Positions 12,141 through 30,262 of a stretch of 33,121 nt of DNA are shown here, piece after piece. The notes under the pieces were generated by a model. That model was not told where the DNA came from. It was given only the letters and a program-made list of their open reading frames with translations, and did no database searches. Source of the DNA: Perkinsus olseni (taxonomy: Eukaryota). Where the stretch lies: contig JABANN010000391.1 of assembly GCA_013115125.1 (NCBI GenBank), positions 1 through 33,121 on the forward strand, in the 5' to 3' direction. Within the stretch, counting starts at the first letter, position 1. Every line of letters starts with the position of its first letter. A program made the translations under genes and the position numbers.

Positions 12141-12446
12141 TCAACCTTGGATACCAGGACCTAATATTCTGCACGCATGCTCAAACCGTTTTATCTCATC
12201 GCTGTTTCTGAGCATCATTTTGGGTTCGCTGTTTATAGACCGTTCGCTGCTTGTGCGGATTGGCGGTGGGAAAATAGTACGACGACTGGGAGATTCGCGG
12301 TTGGACTACCAAATATAATTGTTCGGGAGCTCTCTATCACTGGAATTTACTGTTTGGTAGGACATCCAACCCGGGTTCGAACCCATTGATTCGGGAGAGT
12401 ACGGTCATTCCTCTGGAAGCTATTTGAGGTCTTCGGGTCCCCATCA

Positions 12447-16700
<4,254 letters not shown>

Positions 16701-16806
16701 ATAAGATTATCAACCGCTGGGGTGTCGTGTTTACTCATATCAATGTATCTTCCTGTTTTTCTTCATAGCTGGTTGAGTCCTGGTCGTATGTGGTCATCCG
16801 TTGGTG

Positions 16807-19800
16807 ATGCTGAGGCGAGCGGATAGACATGAACAGCGATCCAGTCGGGGTAGACCGCCGCCGCCACCACCGGCGCGGCGTCATCATAGACACCGCGGCC
16901 CGAGTCGATCGAGAAGCGTCGTTACGGCTATGAGTAACCAGATGAACAGATTGGACCGAATACAGGAACAGCTTGAGTTTTATGTGAGTATCCAAGCTTG
17001 ACTCGTGCAAGATACGGAATAGGTTGGATTGGTCAGTTTTCGGATGCAAATCTCCGTAGAGATCGGTACATCACTGAGGAGTTGGCCCAACGTGACGTCC
17101 AAGGTGATGGTCAACCTTGGGTGCCCACTGATGATATTATCACATGGGGCGAACTGAGGAAATTAGGGTAATAATTACTCTTTTTTTTTCGTTTTTTTGG
17201 AATTATTCGGGATTTTTTTGCAATTTTCTCGAACTCTCTGACGAGATAGTGGTTGTCAGGTGCACTGAAACGGAGCTGCTGGCTGCCATCAACAACAGTG
17301 AAGTACTGGTATTGAGTGAAAAGGAGTAAGAAAGGATAATGGAGGTGTCTTTGCGCACAGCGAAGGTTTTTGTTAGAGGGAAAAGATACGTGAGTCGTAA
17401 TTTTCGGCTTTATCCGATGCTGGGTAATATCATCATTGACGGTCAAGTGGCCGACTTTGAGAGGAGGACGGTTTATATGGAGAACCTGCCCTACAATGTG
17501 GATAGGGATATGATAAGTGAGAGCGTTGAGGAAATGCAAGATGAGCAAGATTTGATGATGTGGGGTGTCTCAGAGAGTGTGGCCTCGGGAGAGAAGTTGG
17601 GTTTTGCGGTTACAGTGGATTACATCGCCATCCCGAATCACCCTCGAACAGGTATGTAAAAATGACAGATGCCGGGATCGAACCTGCGTACTCTTAGGTG
17701 TCAACCTTGGTTATTGCTTCGTCGAGTATAATACGGAGGAAGAGGCCCGTACGGCCAAGAGGCAGCTTGATGGTAAGGAATCTCCTTCCTTGATGACCCT
17801 ATGTGGTTTTTATGCTACTTTCCCATGTTCAACCGCTTTTTAGGAAGATGGCCGAAGGATTGGGAGATCCGTTCGGACGGGCGAAGGTTGAGGGTCATCA
17901 CTGGTGGGAAATTCAGATATTTACGGGATACATATTATAAGTGAAAAGTGCAAGGCGGTGGGTTCGATCCGGGGACCTTTCGGATGTCAGAGCGAAGAAT
18001 GTTAACAAGATTGACAATCATCATGCTTATGCTGAGGGATTTGACCCCGCCAAGTGGTCAATAGAGGATGATGAGGGGAAGTGAGCTGAGGTCCCGGGTT
18101 CGATCCCTGGCACTGCTGTTTTTAGGTCGGAGGGGAGCACTAGTACTGTACCACCGCCTGGGAAAGAAGTGCGTGAGGAAGACGATCGAAAAAGGCGGAA
18201 AATTGACGAACCTTCTTCTGCATCGTCGGAGTTCGATGGAGGTATTTCCGCTCTCGGAAAGTCCTGCTCTTGTGGGGTTGGGGGCTCCTAGGATACGCAC
18301 GCTCTAACTTGGAGCGTGCGTATCCTAGGTTGATCAATGTCAATAGCGGAAAAAAATCTTTGATGTCGACTAGAGGTGACCAATTGTGGAATTGATAATG
18401 ATTGCATGTGAATACACTAAGCCCTCGCCTGCATAACGAACGCCCTATTCCCCCTCAGTTCCGGCCCCTTCTACCTCCTCTAATTCGATAACACCTGCAC
18501 CATCACCAACCACCTCATCATCCACCAGCGATGATGATGATGAATCATCGTCCTCTTCTTCCTCTACTTCCTCCTCCTCGTCGTCATCATCATCATCACT
18601 TTCTGACACCTCTAGCTCATCGTCCTCGTCGTCGTCGAGTAGTGATTCTGACACCCAGTACGGTGCGGGAGTGGCACCGAAGCCTCAAGATGATATCTTC
18701 AGCTACGCTGATACAGTAGGGAGGGAAACAGTGTTTGGTCTTTGCTACTGCCATTTTTAGAATTTTTTTGATTTTTTTCCGCAATTTTTACGGTTTATTT
18801 TTAATTTGTTGATTCGTCATTTTCAGAATGAGAAGATCAAGCAGGAGGTGCCCTCAGTCATACGGAAGCTTTCAGTGAGAGCTGTTGACACCGGGATAAC
18901 GCCTGTAATCGATCAATCGGGCGCGCGCTTTTTGTATAGTTACTTCATCTGAGCGGATTACCACCGGTTAGTCTACTGCAATTGCGACAATGGGCGGGTC
19001 ACAGCACAGTGTCGCAGCATGTGGACATCCGTCCGCCACAGGGAGGTGAGTTGCGGCTATCATACGAAAGGTCCCCGGTTCTATCCCCGGTTGGGACGTT
19101 TTCGCCGTCTTATCAGATAGAGGTGGTGATAATTGGGAAGCATATATCAGACTGCGCAGTAAGAAGGAGAGGGACTTTGCTGCCATGGACCTCGAGTAAG
19201 GTTTGAGGAAGATGTCCCCCACTTCTCATCCGCCTTTGACGTTTCTCGTGAAGCAGTGAGCGTTTGATGCGGTTTTTTTCGACAGCAGAGAGAGTGTTTC
19301 AAGAATATTCATGCCCGGTTTCCGTCTAGTTTGCCAAGTCATGTCATCGCAATAGCTCGGCGAACGGAAATTCATCGGCATAGTGATTTATGGTATCCTA
19401 AGAGGGGACAGGAAATATCTTCCTGTGCGAAATCGTGGGGATAAGATCAGAAAATTCTTCCACATTTTGTTGAGTCTCTTCTGTAGTTGTTGCCGCTCAT
19501 CTCAAGAATCATCCTCGCATGCATCTGTTATCCCGAACGAAATTTTCAGCAAGATATTTTCTGGGCAATTTAAATCTGTTATCCTTCCTCGCTCGGTAGA
19601 AGTGCGCGATAAAAATTTTGTTATATGGTTAACAGTGAGATCGATCAACTGGGCGAGCGAGATTGATGTTATGAGGTTAGCTAATTCTCCTGGTTGTAGG
19701 AACTCGGGTCCGTTACTGACGGTTGATGGATTGCTACGGCCGGTGATAACAAAGTTGAACGCAGCAGAGTGTACGCAGTATTGGAAGGAAGTGATGAGGA

Positions 19801-20381
19801 CGGATGGAATCTTCCGGCTGCGGGAAGATACGCGTCTCTTTGGTAGGTGCTGAGTATGAAGAAGGAGAAGGGTGGTGGTGAGCGGATGAGTATGCCAATG
19901 AGACGGTTCAAGCCGGCTAAGGAAACCTTCCATGTTGTGAGTTGAACCGGGGATCTTCCGGATGGGAGCGTTGGACACTGTCTGCTCAGCCATTTCCTCG
20001 AGTCATTGCTGGTCCGCGAGGGATGGAGGATGATGTGGGTGGAGGTGGCAAGCCGACGGCGTGGACGGACTGTGCGAGTGGCAATAAAGAGTGGAGGCCG
20101 CCAGGGACTGGGAAACTGTAGTTCTGGGTTCGAGAAGTGTCATATGGTGGGATTGAACCTGCGTGGATTTCAGATACGGCCTGAGCCAAGCGGAGCGGCG
20201 ATGTGCTGCCCATCTTCAACGAGTGAGCATCCATTCCCTGGTGGATAGAATGCGGCAACGAAGGCGGCGAGCTGGTGGAGGGTGGAGTGTTGGTGGAGGC
20301 GGCGGGGGCGGATCGAAGGGTAGTCATACCGTGCTCGGCCGTCTTGTGGGTTCACTGAACCGAGCCATTGTAGAACTGTAG
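16807..20381 (+). CDS. LARP7: La-related protein of LARP7/p65 type (La motif + RRM + xRRM)
   Basis: La motif IQEQLEFYFSDANLRRD; RRM RTVYMENLP..GYCFVEY; post-RRM LRVITGGKFRYL; Ser-rich linker; xRRM-like HVDIR..AYIRL..LNAAECTQYWKEV. The 3' end is uncertain (stop at 20121 or 20381). Orthology to LARP7 is inferred from domain order. Confidence 0.8.
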
Positions 20382-20516
20382 TCAAGATGGATGGCCATGG
20401 ACTCACTTGTACCAATCTCATACTCAACACTCGTCACGCGACCAATCAGAGGTTGCACGCATGCCAACTGAGATTGGGCAGTTAGACGGATAGGCATTCG
20501 ACTAACTTAGTCAGTC

Positions 20517-22071
20517 GTGGTTAAAATCCTCCATAACCCCTCCACACCATCCCCAATTGTCCTCCTCTCGCAGTCTTACGCTTGCCGAATACGATGGGAG
20601 GATGGGCCCGTTGGTGGAAGTAGTTGTGGTCCACAACTTGTGGAGGTCAGGGGTGATACACAGATCTCAGGGAGATTATCATCTGGTCATCTTCATCAGC
20701 ATCATCATCACGCCGTCTCATCCAAAATACAAGTCCCGGACTTGAAGGCCAACAACAATGCAGTTTTGGCGTCTCTCGCCGTCGGGGTTGACCCGATTCA
20801 ATCCAATCACAATTCCGACAGCATCTCTGATTCGATAATGAAACAGCGATCACAATCCTCTGTGATAGAAAGCAACAGGGGCTGAACGAGAGTGATCACT
20901 TTATTGGTATGCTTGGACGAATCTGCGCACCCTATCCTCCTCCAACTCATACGATTGGTGCATATGCTACGGAGTTCATTACTTGAGCCGTTTTTCCCCG
21001 TGTATAATCGTTCGGTCAGGTAGTGTAGCCGGAGGTTCCGTGAGGGGTAGAAGGAGAGGCCCGGGTCGAGGGAATGCTGGCGGGTTGGCCGGAGCCTTTG
21101 CCTCCGGCACTGATGTCAGGCACCAAGGAGGGCTGCACAAAAGGTCACCTGAATTTTGCCATACCAAAATTTTGGCGAAGAAAGTGTTCATTCAGGCGCT
21201 TACGCAACCATCTCGTCATGCAGTTGATCCGGTCTAACAAACCGATTCCGCCAAGCAGCAGATTCACTGCGCAGGTAAGCGTTGAGGAAATGTAAGAGTT
21301 CAAGATTCTACTTGGCAGGACTACTTGGCGGCTGAGCGTTCTCTTACTTGGCGACGAGCTAGGGATGGTATGTCGGTAGCGACTGAGAGAGGCCGGGCTA
21401 CTTCCCGTGACGAGGTGGGTAACTGATTGGTTCCATGCTGAGGTCGGGGGGGGGGGTTGTTGGAAGTAAAGGCCCATTGAGAAATGATTTGGGTGTTCAA
21501 CGGACTGCTCCCCTTTCTGAGTCTCAAGAGCGTTGCCTTGTCGTTTAGTCGCTGAATTCAGCCCTGAGAACGTTCCTGAAATTGATTTTACAGATAGAAG
21601 CGTCCGCTAGGGAGGGAGGGGCTTCGCCGAGCAAGTCGGGTGGTTACAGTCCGAGTGGGTCCACGCTGAGGGGAGGAGGAGGGCAGTGGGGTGATAATAA
21701 TGTGAGTGTTGCACATCGGAAGGTCGTGGGTTCAATCCCGGCATGCGGTCGGTTTTCAGGTCCCTCTGGGTGCTCCTGAGGCTTCTTCCCGCAAACGTAA
21801 GAAGTCGTGGGAGGATCGAAAGCCGGTCCAACAGCCCCGGCCGAGGAAACGACAGCGCCGTCAGCGGAACAATAATGGGAGGTCAGTACTCCTGGACTGC
21901 TGCCCTATTGAAGGCAGCATCGCCTTTAGTTCCACTAACCCACAGCCCCCCGCGCTCGAAAGGGAGGGAGTGTCCAGAGCCAACGCGAGGACTAGAGGCA
22001 GACGGGAGAGGCGGAAGAGGCAGCAGAGGGCTAAGCAGGAGGAGGAGATGAATCGCCGACGTTTGTTTTGA
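20517..22071 (+). CDS. Spliced hypothetical protein with basic C-terminus
   Basis: In-phase GT-AG introns 21275-21318 and 21702-21759. Last exon is Arg/Lys-rich (RKRKKSW..RRRLF*). Start not determined. Confidence 0.55.
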
Positions 22072-22566
22072 TAATCAATACATTTGGTAGTAATAACGGT
22101 AACAGAGTTTCTTGGGCCCTTGTCATCGAAGTGGTTGTGTTGGTTCAATTACTGTGGGGGCAATGAGTGGATCTGGGCCGAGGACCCGAACCGGGGCCGC
22201 TCCCTCCGGCTGGAGGCATGCCGCGGGGGGGGGAGGGGGCTGGGAATCCGCTTTACGATAAACTACTGTGATATCTATCCTATTTTCTACCTAGGCAATC
22301 CGTTGGTTCTAGCAGCTTCCTCTGGGCCGGATGTTGTGAGGGGTTGAAGCGACTAGTGTTATAGTAATGGGTGGTTGAAGCGTACCGCGCCACTGAGGAA
22401 TTGCATTCTCCTGCTGTCTACATGCTACCGCTGGATCTGATAGAGATATCGTCCATGAAGGGCTGAGTATCATAGAACTTGTCTGACTGTACTCAGGGTG
22501 GAGACGGCTTGGGTTGGGTAGTCATCGTGCTAACACCTCGATCGCTAAGCAGTGCTTGTTTCAACC

Positions 22567-24730
22567 ATGCTTCAACAAGGACGGCGTCCTCTCCTCAGCG
22601 CAAGTCCTGCTCTGACACCAGTATCAAGGCTGGGGTACCGGCGGATATATCGAGGTGCCTGCTGCTGCTGCTGCAGCCAACACCCTGTCCGCTGCAGTGC
22701 CTTTCTTCACTTCAGCCTCGTCGAGATATCAGAGTCAGCTGCATCCGTCGGAAGCACGGCCACCGAAGTTTGTTATACCCCCTTTCGAGAGTGATTACAG
22801 GAAAGTGTATAAGATAATGTGGAAGTCCTTTAGGGTAGAAAAGTGCTTATGTTGCCGCTCGACCTCAGTAGAGCGAGTTGATTGGGTGTAAGGGGGCTCC
22901 CAACTCGAATCCGCGCAATTTTTCGGTGGATTTGTGAGGAGGGGGAAGACGGCAAGGACCGGGTTGGGTGTTATGGAAAGTGATAACACTTGCTATCATC
23001 GGGAGCCGACTCGGTTGCGGTATAATTATGGATAATATCATTTTCGTGCACACGGAAATAGGCTTTGCCAGCCGAGTGTTTGCATCGTGACTGTGAGGTT
23101 CTATGAAATTATTTACGGAAAATGTGGTATGAAGTACGAGCAGAGGATAGTATTGGGGAGATGAGAGGACGACTTGTGTTAGGATAAGAAGAAGCTCCGT
23201 TTGGGTGTCTTATGTAATCCACCACATGGTGCTGCAAGTGAACTACCGGATCCGAAGATACTCCGAGATTGTACTATGGGGGAAGGCGAAGGTTCGATCC
23301 CTGACAGGGGCATTTTTTAGATGAAGTAGCGCCTACTTGTTATCGAGCTGCAGAGAGTCAGATCGCTGATGATGAATTCTGGAGGCAGATGTGTGAGCGC
23401 ATACGGAGGAGCAAGGATACTCTGTCCGTGTCCGATATTGCTGCGGTGAGGCGGTCTAGGTCTCACCAGGAGTCGTAGGGAAGAGTCTGTGGCGGTGTGG
23501 AGGCTCGGGTTACCTGAGCCCAGTATCATCGACGTCATATATCATCAAATTTGGCGGACGTTCAAGGTGTCCGTGATTTTTTATCCTACAGGAATCGAAA
23601 TTGTTATTTCGTGACTTTCCGGTGCTGGTGGAATGAGGCCATGCTTGGATCATTCCATGGAATCGTTCTTCGCTGACTTGGCTGGGCTCACCGTTCGCTC
23701 ACTTATTTGTCAGCTTTCCTCGCGCTAGTTCCTTATCAGTCTTTGAGAGCTGGACTTTGATACCTCTATCGATTCGACTCACGTCGATTTTCTATCACAT
23801 ACAGCATAGACCAGACTCTAGAGCCGCGACCGTCTCGGCGTAGGGGTATAGTGTTGGAAAGATACTGGATGCGTTGGTAATGGTGAATTATCGGGATGCT
23901 GATCTAATGAGGATCCTCAGTCGGGAGGTTATTGATGATATGTTCAAGCTAACATTCACGGAGGCAGCGGTAGGGTGGGAGAATCTTCGCTGTGCGTGAA
24001 GAGTATCTTTTAGGTGATTGTGAATGCATATAGTGTTTTTAACTGTGAATCGAAGCCCCTGTTGGAGTCGGCTATTAAACATTGTCATGCATTGGCGGCT
24101 ATGAATAGGAAGGGGAATGATGTTAGGAGCTGTGCAGTAAGGAACGTCGTTGAGGAAATGCAAGATTGCAAGATCCCTGGGGCTTCATTGTAGGTCCTCC
24201 TGTCTGGCTTAGCTCGTTTCAAACCGGAAGGTACTAAGGACCTGGTAGAGGTTATTCTGTCGTCAGCGGCAATGAACGCCGAGGAAGGAGGTCCTAGGGA
24301 TCGAACCAGGGACCTTTGGATTACCTGTTCTAGGCTTGACCGATCTTGCGTCTATCATTTCGAGTGCCGCACGCCTCCTCACCGCGGAAAATGAAGTTAC
24401 CGTTAAGGATGCTGAAGAGAGCGTCCTTGCTGACGTTAGTAAGTGCAGGGTGTCTGAATCGGACCCGGGACCTTTCGATTGTTAGATACTATTCTCGATA
24501 GGATATGTCTATCAACTCCTGAAAGTCTTTACAGTGCTGCCAGCGCTTTCCATACGTTAACCTTGTTTGATGGCATAGTGAAAGATACGCCGGAAATGAT
24601 GGAAGCTGCATCGAGAAACGTAGTGAACCACCGTTGGGATAAGTCGCGTGCTTTTCTGTGCATTTCGAGACTGATGTCGTTGGTAGTAGAAAAGGCCTAT
24701 TGGTGTTCAGTTCCTTGTGGCGCTCGATAG
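22567..24730 (+). CDS. Helical-repeat (HPR/RAP-like) putative mitochondrial RNA-binding protein
   Basis: Arg-rich transit-peptide-like N-terminus MLQQGRRPLLSAS. Repeats DDEFWRQMCER..SVSDIAAILDALVMVNYRDADLM..FTEAAVIVNAYS..LLSGLARF..LTDLASII across in-phase introns (23271-23320, 23446-23861, 24137-24193, 24291-24333, 24439-24485). Family assignment is by resemblance; both ends approximate. Confidence 0.6.
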
Positions 24731-25046
24731 AGACCCCAACGCCCTGCGTAGTACGGTACCAGGACCGATACCCAAGATACGATTGAATAAACAGGTAGGG
24801 AGATCGAGCTATAGAATATTACCAGTATAATATAGTCATATCACTATTTCCATCCATCGATACATAATCATGAATAATAGTCATTTATTTCGATATAGGT
24901 GTCATGTAGTCACTCATCTCTCCCTGTTTTCTTCTGAATTTTTTATCCGTAATGTTCTAATTCCTAATGAGATATTCTCATTTTCGTGAAATCTACTGAA
25001 TAGTGCTTCATAGTAAAATACACCTACATGCTGTACACTATCTCAG

Positions 25047-26323
25047 CCGCCCGCCCTACGAGACCCTCCTGAGGGAGCGGAGGAACTGATGAAGGTTGGC
25101 TTCAGTGCAGAGCGAGCTGACGAGGAAGGGACTGCGAATGTGGAAGTGGACTTGGAGCCGGAGAACGAGACTGAGCAGCCAGGAGAGGAGGTAGCACGGT
25201 GGTCGTTGGTGATGGCCGTTGTTGTTATCATTGATAGTAGGTTGTGGTGGAGGGGATGTCTGTCTTGGATGCAACCTCGACGATGGGGTTGGGGCAGGAG
25301 GATGAGGAGGCAGTCAGAGATGATGATGCGATATTGCATAGATTGCAGAGGGAACGTAGGGTCTGTTAATGATATGTGCGCTCCACACGGAAGTCATGTG
25401 GCGAGACACGTGAAGACTGCTGATACTTCTTCCTCGAATAGAGTTTGGTTTCTCGTTATATGGAAATGCTTTGATTAAGATATATGTCTTCGTTCTCGCA
25501 CCGTTCTCTACGTACAGATCATCATGGAGGGCAGTGAGAATTCGTCTTCACCTTACAGGGATCGCAGGGAAGGGAAACAGACGGTGGCGTTGGTGATGTA
25601 GGTACCACTGCCTTGAATAGTAAGAACAGGCCAGTAGCACCAGTCGAGGCGATAGCAGCTCGGAATAGAGTTGCATCGGTGGTGGCTATAGCAGTTGGCA
25701 GTCTCGGTAGAATATGGACACAATTGAACACAGGGAAGGAGGAGGAGGAAGGGAAGAGGGACGATGAAGTGATGGGTGAGCAGCAGCGCCAGCAGACAGC
25801 TTGTTCCTCATGCTTAATACCATACCATCCGCAGTACCACAACGATTGGTTACACCGGTTGAGAGTGAGATGCTTGCCAAAGCTGAGGATATCATAGCGC
25901 ACGGGTGCCCTGGACTCACGGCCAACCAACTTGTTAATTGCTTCGAGACGTAAGTTGGAATGCTAGTGGGCTGATAGTCATCACTGTACTCGTAGTACCA
26001 CTGTAATAAAAGCTATACGTCGTTGCATTGTAGTGGTGGCATGAGTACCACCTGTACTACTAGTATGAGTGCGAGTGGTGCGAAAAGTTGAGAAGGGAGA
26101 GGTTACTGTTGTTCATAGGTACGCCTTACATACGCCGCACAAGACCCATCATACTGTTTTGAGGGCAGTTGGGAATGAGTTGGTACGAAAGTGGATACAT
26201 GTTAGTGCGAGTGAGATAAGAAGACTGGAGAAGAGTATTGAAGCGTCGAAGTTGAAGCATCAGCAGTTGTCGTTTATGTTGAAGATGCATTCTAACAGGC
26301 GGAAGATACAACTATCACCATGA
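25047..26323 (+). CDS. Probable spliced hypothetical protein
   Basis: Exon-like blocks after acceptors at ~25046, ~25558 and ~26119 (acidic segment, a hydrophobic VASVVAIAVGSL segment, terminal exon to TGA 26323). Structure not resolved. Confidence 0.35.
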
Positions 26324-26754
26324 CATGAGTGGTGACACGAGCAGTTTCTGAAGATAGCCTTTCTGTTGGCTTCAATAAGTGAATATGAATAGCACAGCAT
26401 TAGTTAGCACTGCTGACTAATGCTGACACTGCTGACTCAGCAGTCAGCAAGAGGAGGTTGACACTTTCCGTACTTGAGTGACTGAAGATCATGATTGATC
26501 ACCACGCACGAAGGTCATTGAAAAGACAACCCTGAGAAATTTCACAGGAGAGAGTTGCATTATTAAGTTGCTGCACTCTGGAAATGACCAATCTACTCGA
26601 TGACGATATTCCCCCACCCCCACCCTCTGGTAAATGAACTTCCAACACCACAACAATAAGAATAATCAAGAGGATGTCGCTGCTTCCTAGCCAACTTGGA
26701 CTCTATTGCTGTTCACCACGCTTTGCAGTTGCTCCACTACCAGCTCGATAATGT

Positions 26755-26970
26755 TTATCGGTACCTGTGATGTTGATAATGGAACGAAGAGCATATGTAT
26801 TAGTATTATTATTACTTGTGGAAGCCAATATCGTTGGCCTTCTCCCTGAAGCACTGACGGCACATCATGAGGCCGTACTTGCGGATGAGACCGTGCTGGT
26901 TGGAGCAAACACGGCACTGACGGGAACCAGGGCCGAAGTTACGGGGGCGAGTCATGTAGAGATCCGGCAT
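26755..26970 (-). CDS. RPS29: 40S ribosomal protein S29 (uS14)
   Basis: [54 protein letters not shown], with one intron at 26765-26815. Confidence 0.98.
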
Positions 26971-27300
26971 AGTGGATTAGTGTTGGCTAGCGAACTCTCT
27001 GACAATGACAATGCCACCCAACCTACTTCGTATCTGACACGCTCCAACCTCAGATACCACCGTTTTACCTCCCTCGAGTGGAGCCTCGCGAGAATGCACA
27101 AGCAGTACGTGCCGAATACAACCCTCCGTTCCCCCAATGGCCTTCTGATCCCAATTGTGACCGACCAATCCTCCCAGCGAGCATTCGACCTCTCAGAGGG
27201 CCTCTGAGCACGCCCAGAAACATGCCGATCGATTGCGCTATAGCGGCACGGGAGCGTTGAGGAAATGCAAGCTTTCAAGATTCTTCAAGACTCTCACGAC

Positions 27301-30262
27301 ATGGTGCGCAAGATTCCCTATTTATTATCATGGACACCCCTCTTCAACGGTCAACGACGTTCGAGTCTCATCGTGGCAGAGAAAGGGCCTTCAGTCGTAA
27401 TAAACACTCGGAGCTGCGGGAACGACGACAGGTGGGGAGATAGTCAACATCGGTGGTACTGAGCATCATAATCATCAGGGTGGCCCACGAGGGGCATCGT
27501 CGTCAAGCATACTGAGAGAGTTCCGAAGTGGGCCGCCGGACGAGACGATCAGGCCACCACTGGCGGAAGATGGACAACGGATGATGTAGTACGGAATATT
27601 CCGTATTAACCGTCTGTCTCGGTACACGCCCGAAACCACACAGTTTGTCTTCCCCCCTGTACCAGAGGACGAGATTATCTCACAGCAAGGTCATCTATTC
27701 CGGGGAGGGTTGATAACAGACTGCCGTTATTGAGCAATCTTGTATACACCTGTAATAGTAAGTTCGACGCTACTGCCTCTAGGATAAGCATCATCATAGC
27801 ACGACCGGTTCTGAAGGCTTAGTTTGAGCTCTTACCACTCCTTCGAACTTAAAAGCATCTTTGGACTTGAGAGACTTCTGAATCACGTGTACGGAAGTTC
27901 CGAGAACGTCACGATGAAAGCCTCCCGTCACGGATACCCATCTTGGTGTTCAGGGAACTACCAGCATACCGCCGTCGGCGAGCTGGCGGCCGGAATGTCT
28001 ATCGTAAGAGAGGTGTTGGGTACCATTGATACAATGGGGCGTTCGTTTAGTATACCCTCAACCGGAGGCCTACGGTCGTGTGGCTGCGGTGTGCATAGGG
28101 GAATCCATCGACTTAGATGAGGTCAGGAGAGGTTGGACGCAGGTCAAAGCTGGATCTAGGGATGCTTGTAAGAACAGGTATCTTAGCTTCACTCGTGCAA
28201 GATACATAACAGGTTGAGTATTCATGTTCACGCGTTGTCTCAGATAAAGGTCGCGCTGCCGGCCTGGTCGGTGGGGATCTCGTGAGTGATGCTGTCCCGA
28301 TCGAGAAGCGTGTAGGGCTGCCTCTGCCCTTTAGCCGTACTATGCCCCTCCCAGGTCTTATATTTAACGGTCTGTGCCAACAGCCTCGATTGCTACCTCT
28401 TCTCCTTTGGATGTGTTGTCGTCTGGGGAGCATCCGATAATCAGGTGAGCTCTTCGGGGGATTCGATCCCGGGACCTTCCGCATGGGAGCGGTGCTTCTC
28501 AGTTGGGTACTATAGTTGACTTAGTGAGGCCTCTAGTGAATAAGCCTTTATCCCAACCTGAGCATGACTACATGCGTTACACGACTGAGGTAAGCGCATA
28601 ACGTCCGAAGACCGTCAACGATCACCGCTCAGCCACCACTAGAAGGAACCCCGGACGGCGATAACGGCGATCCCGAGGCAGCCCATCATCCCTCTCGACG
28701 CCCGATTGCTCACGACAATATCAGATTATCAGCATCAGGCGGTTGGAGGTGGTGAAGTAGCATAAATGCTGGATGAATTCATCCTTGGTTCTCACGGCTC
28801 AGTTCCCTGATGGAACGCCTGGCTCACAGCTACTCCCTTGCGCAGAGCGTCCGAGTTGATGCATTCGAGACGATGCTTGATGGTGCAATCGAACGTACTA
28901 CGAGGGTTCATGTAGCCTTGCCTCCACCTACAGTATGAGTGCAGGAACGACCGATGTCCCTGAAACTATGACGAGGACCGGTACCGTAGGCATAGGGAAG
29001 AAGGAAGTTGCCAGACGGGTAAGGTCTCCGCTGCTGCTGCTGCTGCGGGGCTTTCCGACCTTTTCGGGTATATCATGCAACTGGCCATCGGTGGCCGGTG
29101 ACGTTGGGAAGAGATCGGGTAGCAATGGTATTATACTCATCTCAACGTATCATCTTCACGACCCAGTAACTATCTGGGTTGGCATGTTAGCGGGAGACAG
29201 TGCGAAATGCGGAGATTTCTTTCCTGTGAAGAGCAGATGTTGTTGATTTTTTTGATGATTATCGGCATCTATTTGCCTTTTTGTCGTGATCGCTCGCTGT
29301 GCTATGATGTGTGGGTCCTCCTTAGATGGGTAACCTCTTCGTACAACGCTGTGACTTGAACGTCTATAGTGATATCCTGGGAACTCCTGATGTATTCTGG
29401 TGAGTAGTGCACCAAGCATCAATCTAAGATACTCTCTGGCCTGATTGTCAGGGATTTTGATGAGTATGAGGCAGTTTATGATAAGTCAAGACGGTACATG
29501 GACATCAACAGGAGAGTGGAGATCCTAAACCAGGTGCTACAGCGGGATCATGCCCTCCGCTGGGATACTCAGGGAAGGGTGCAATCTGTTGAATGTTTAC
29601 TAACAGTACTGATGTTAGTAGCAACTCAGTACCAGCAGTACTAATAGTAAAAACATTCATAAACGACAGCGCTGGGCAACTGACGATTCCCCGGCTTCTG
29701 TGCTTCCTTGCTAGGGGCGTTTGTTCTTATCATTTAAAGTTTAACTTTTGTACCCTCATTATAAGTCCGTGTTGGTTCGCAGAGCCATTGAAATGAATCG
29801 GACTTGATGCAGTTAGCAAGATATTGTCATGCCCAGGCTAATGTGAGTGTGAATGTGCCGCGTGTTCAATAGATGTTTCTTGAGTTTCGAGAACGCTTCC
29901 AGGATCCGTTGGTTTCAATCTTGGGAGCGCTCCTCAAATTCAGGAGAGGTCCATTGAACACCCCCATGGAATCTCGAGTGTTACTCCTCACCCGTAGTAG
30001 TCGAGGGAGTAGGCCGGAAATCCTCTCTACTGTTGACCGTTCATTGTGGGTTCAGCGCATGGAGGTCCTCAATGATATGTACACCATGATACAGGAGGAG
30101 CTACATGTTGCACATGGGAATAACCTAGAGGTAGACGATGGTACCCGATGATAATGGTATGGTACTCCTTCTGATACTCAGATATGGGTAATCTGGTTGG
30201 TGGCTGTGGATGCGATAGTCATCGGGCTTGAGCTGTTTCTAACGTACTGGCGTGAATTTTAA
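27301..30262 (+). CDS. RMD1/RMND1-family (DUF155) protein
   Basis: Spliced translation GRVAAVCIGESIDL, YLFSFGCVVVWG, AHSYSLAQSVRVDAFE, MGNLFVQRCDLN..ILGTPDVFW..YMDINRRVEILNQR, HGNNLEIWVIWLV. Stop TAA 30260-30262. Start inferred from exon phase. Confidence 0.9.

Noticed and set aside
26767-27207. 146-aa plus-strand ORF
   Set aside because: Antisense shadow of RPS29.
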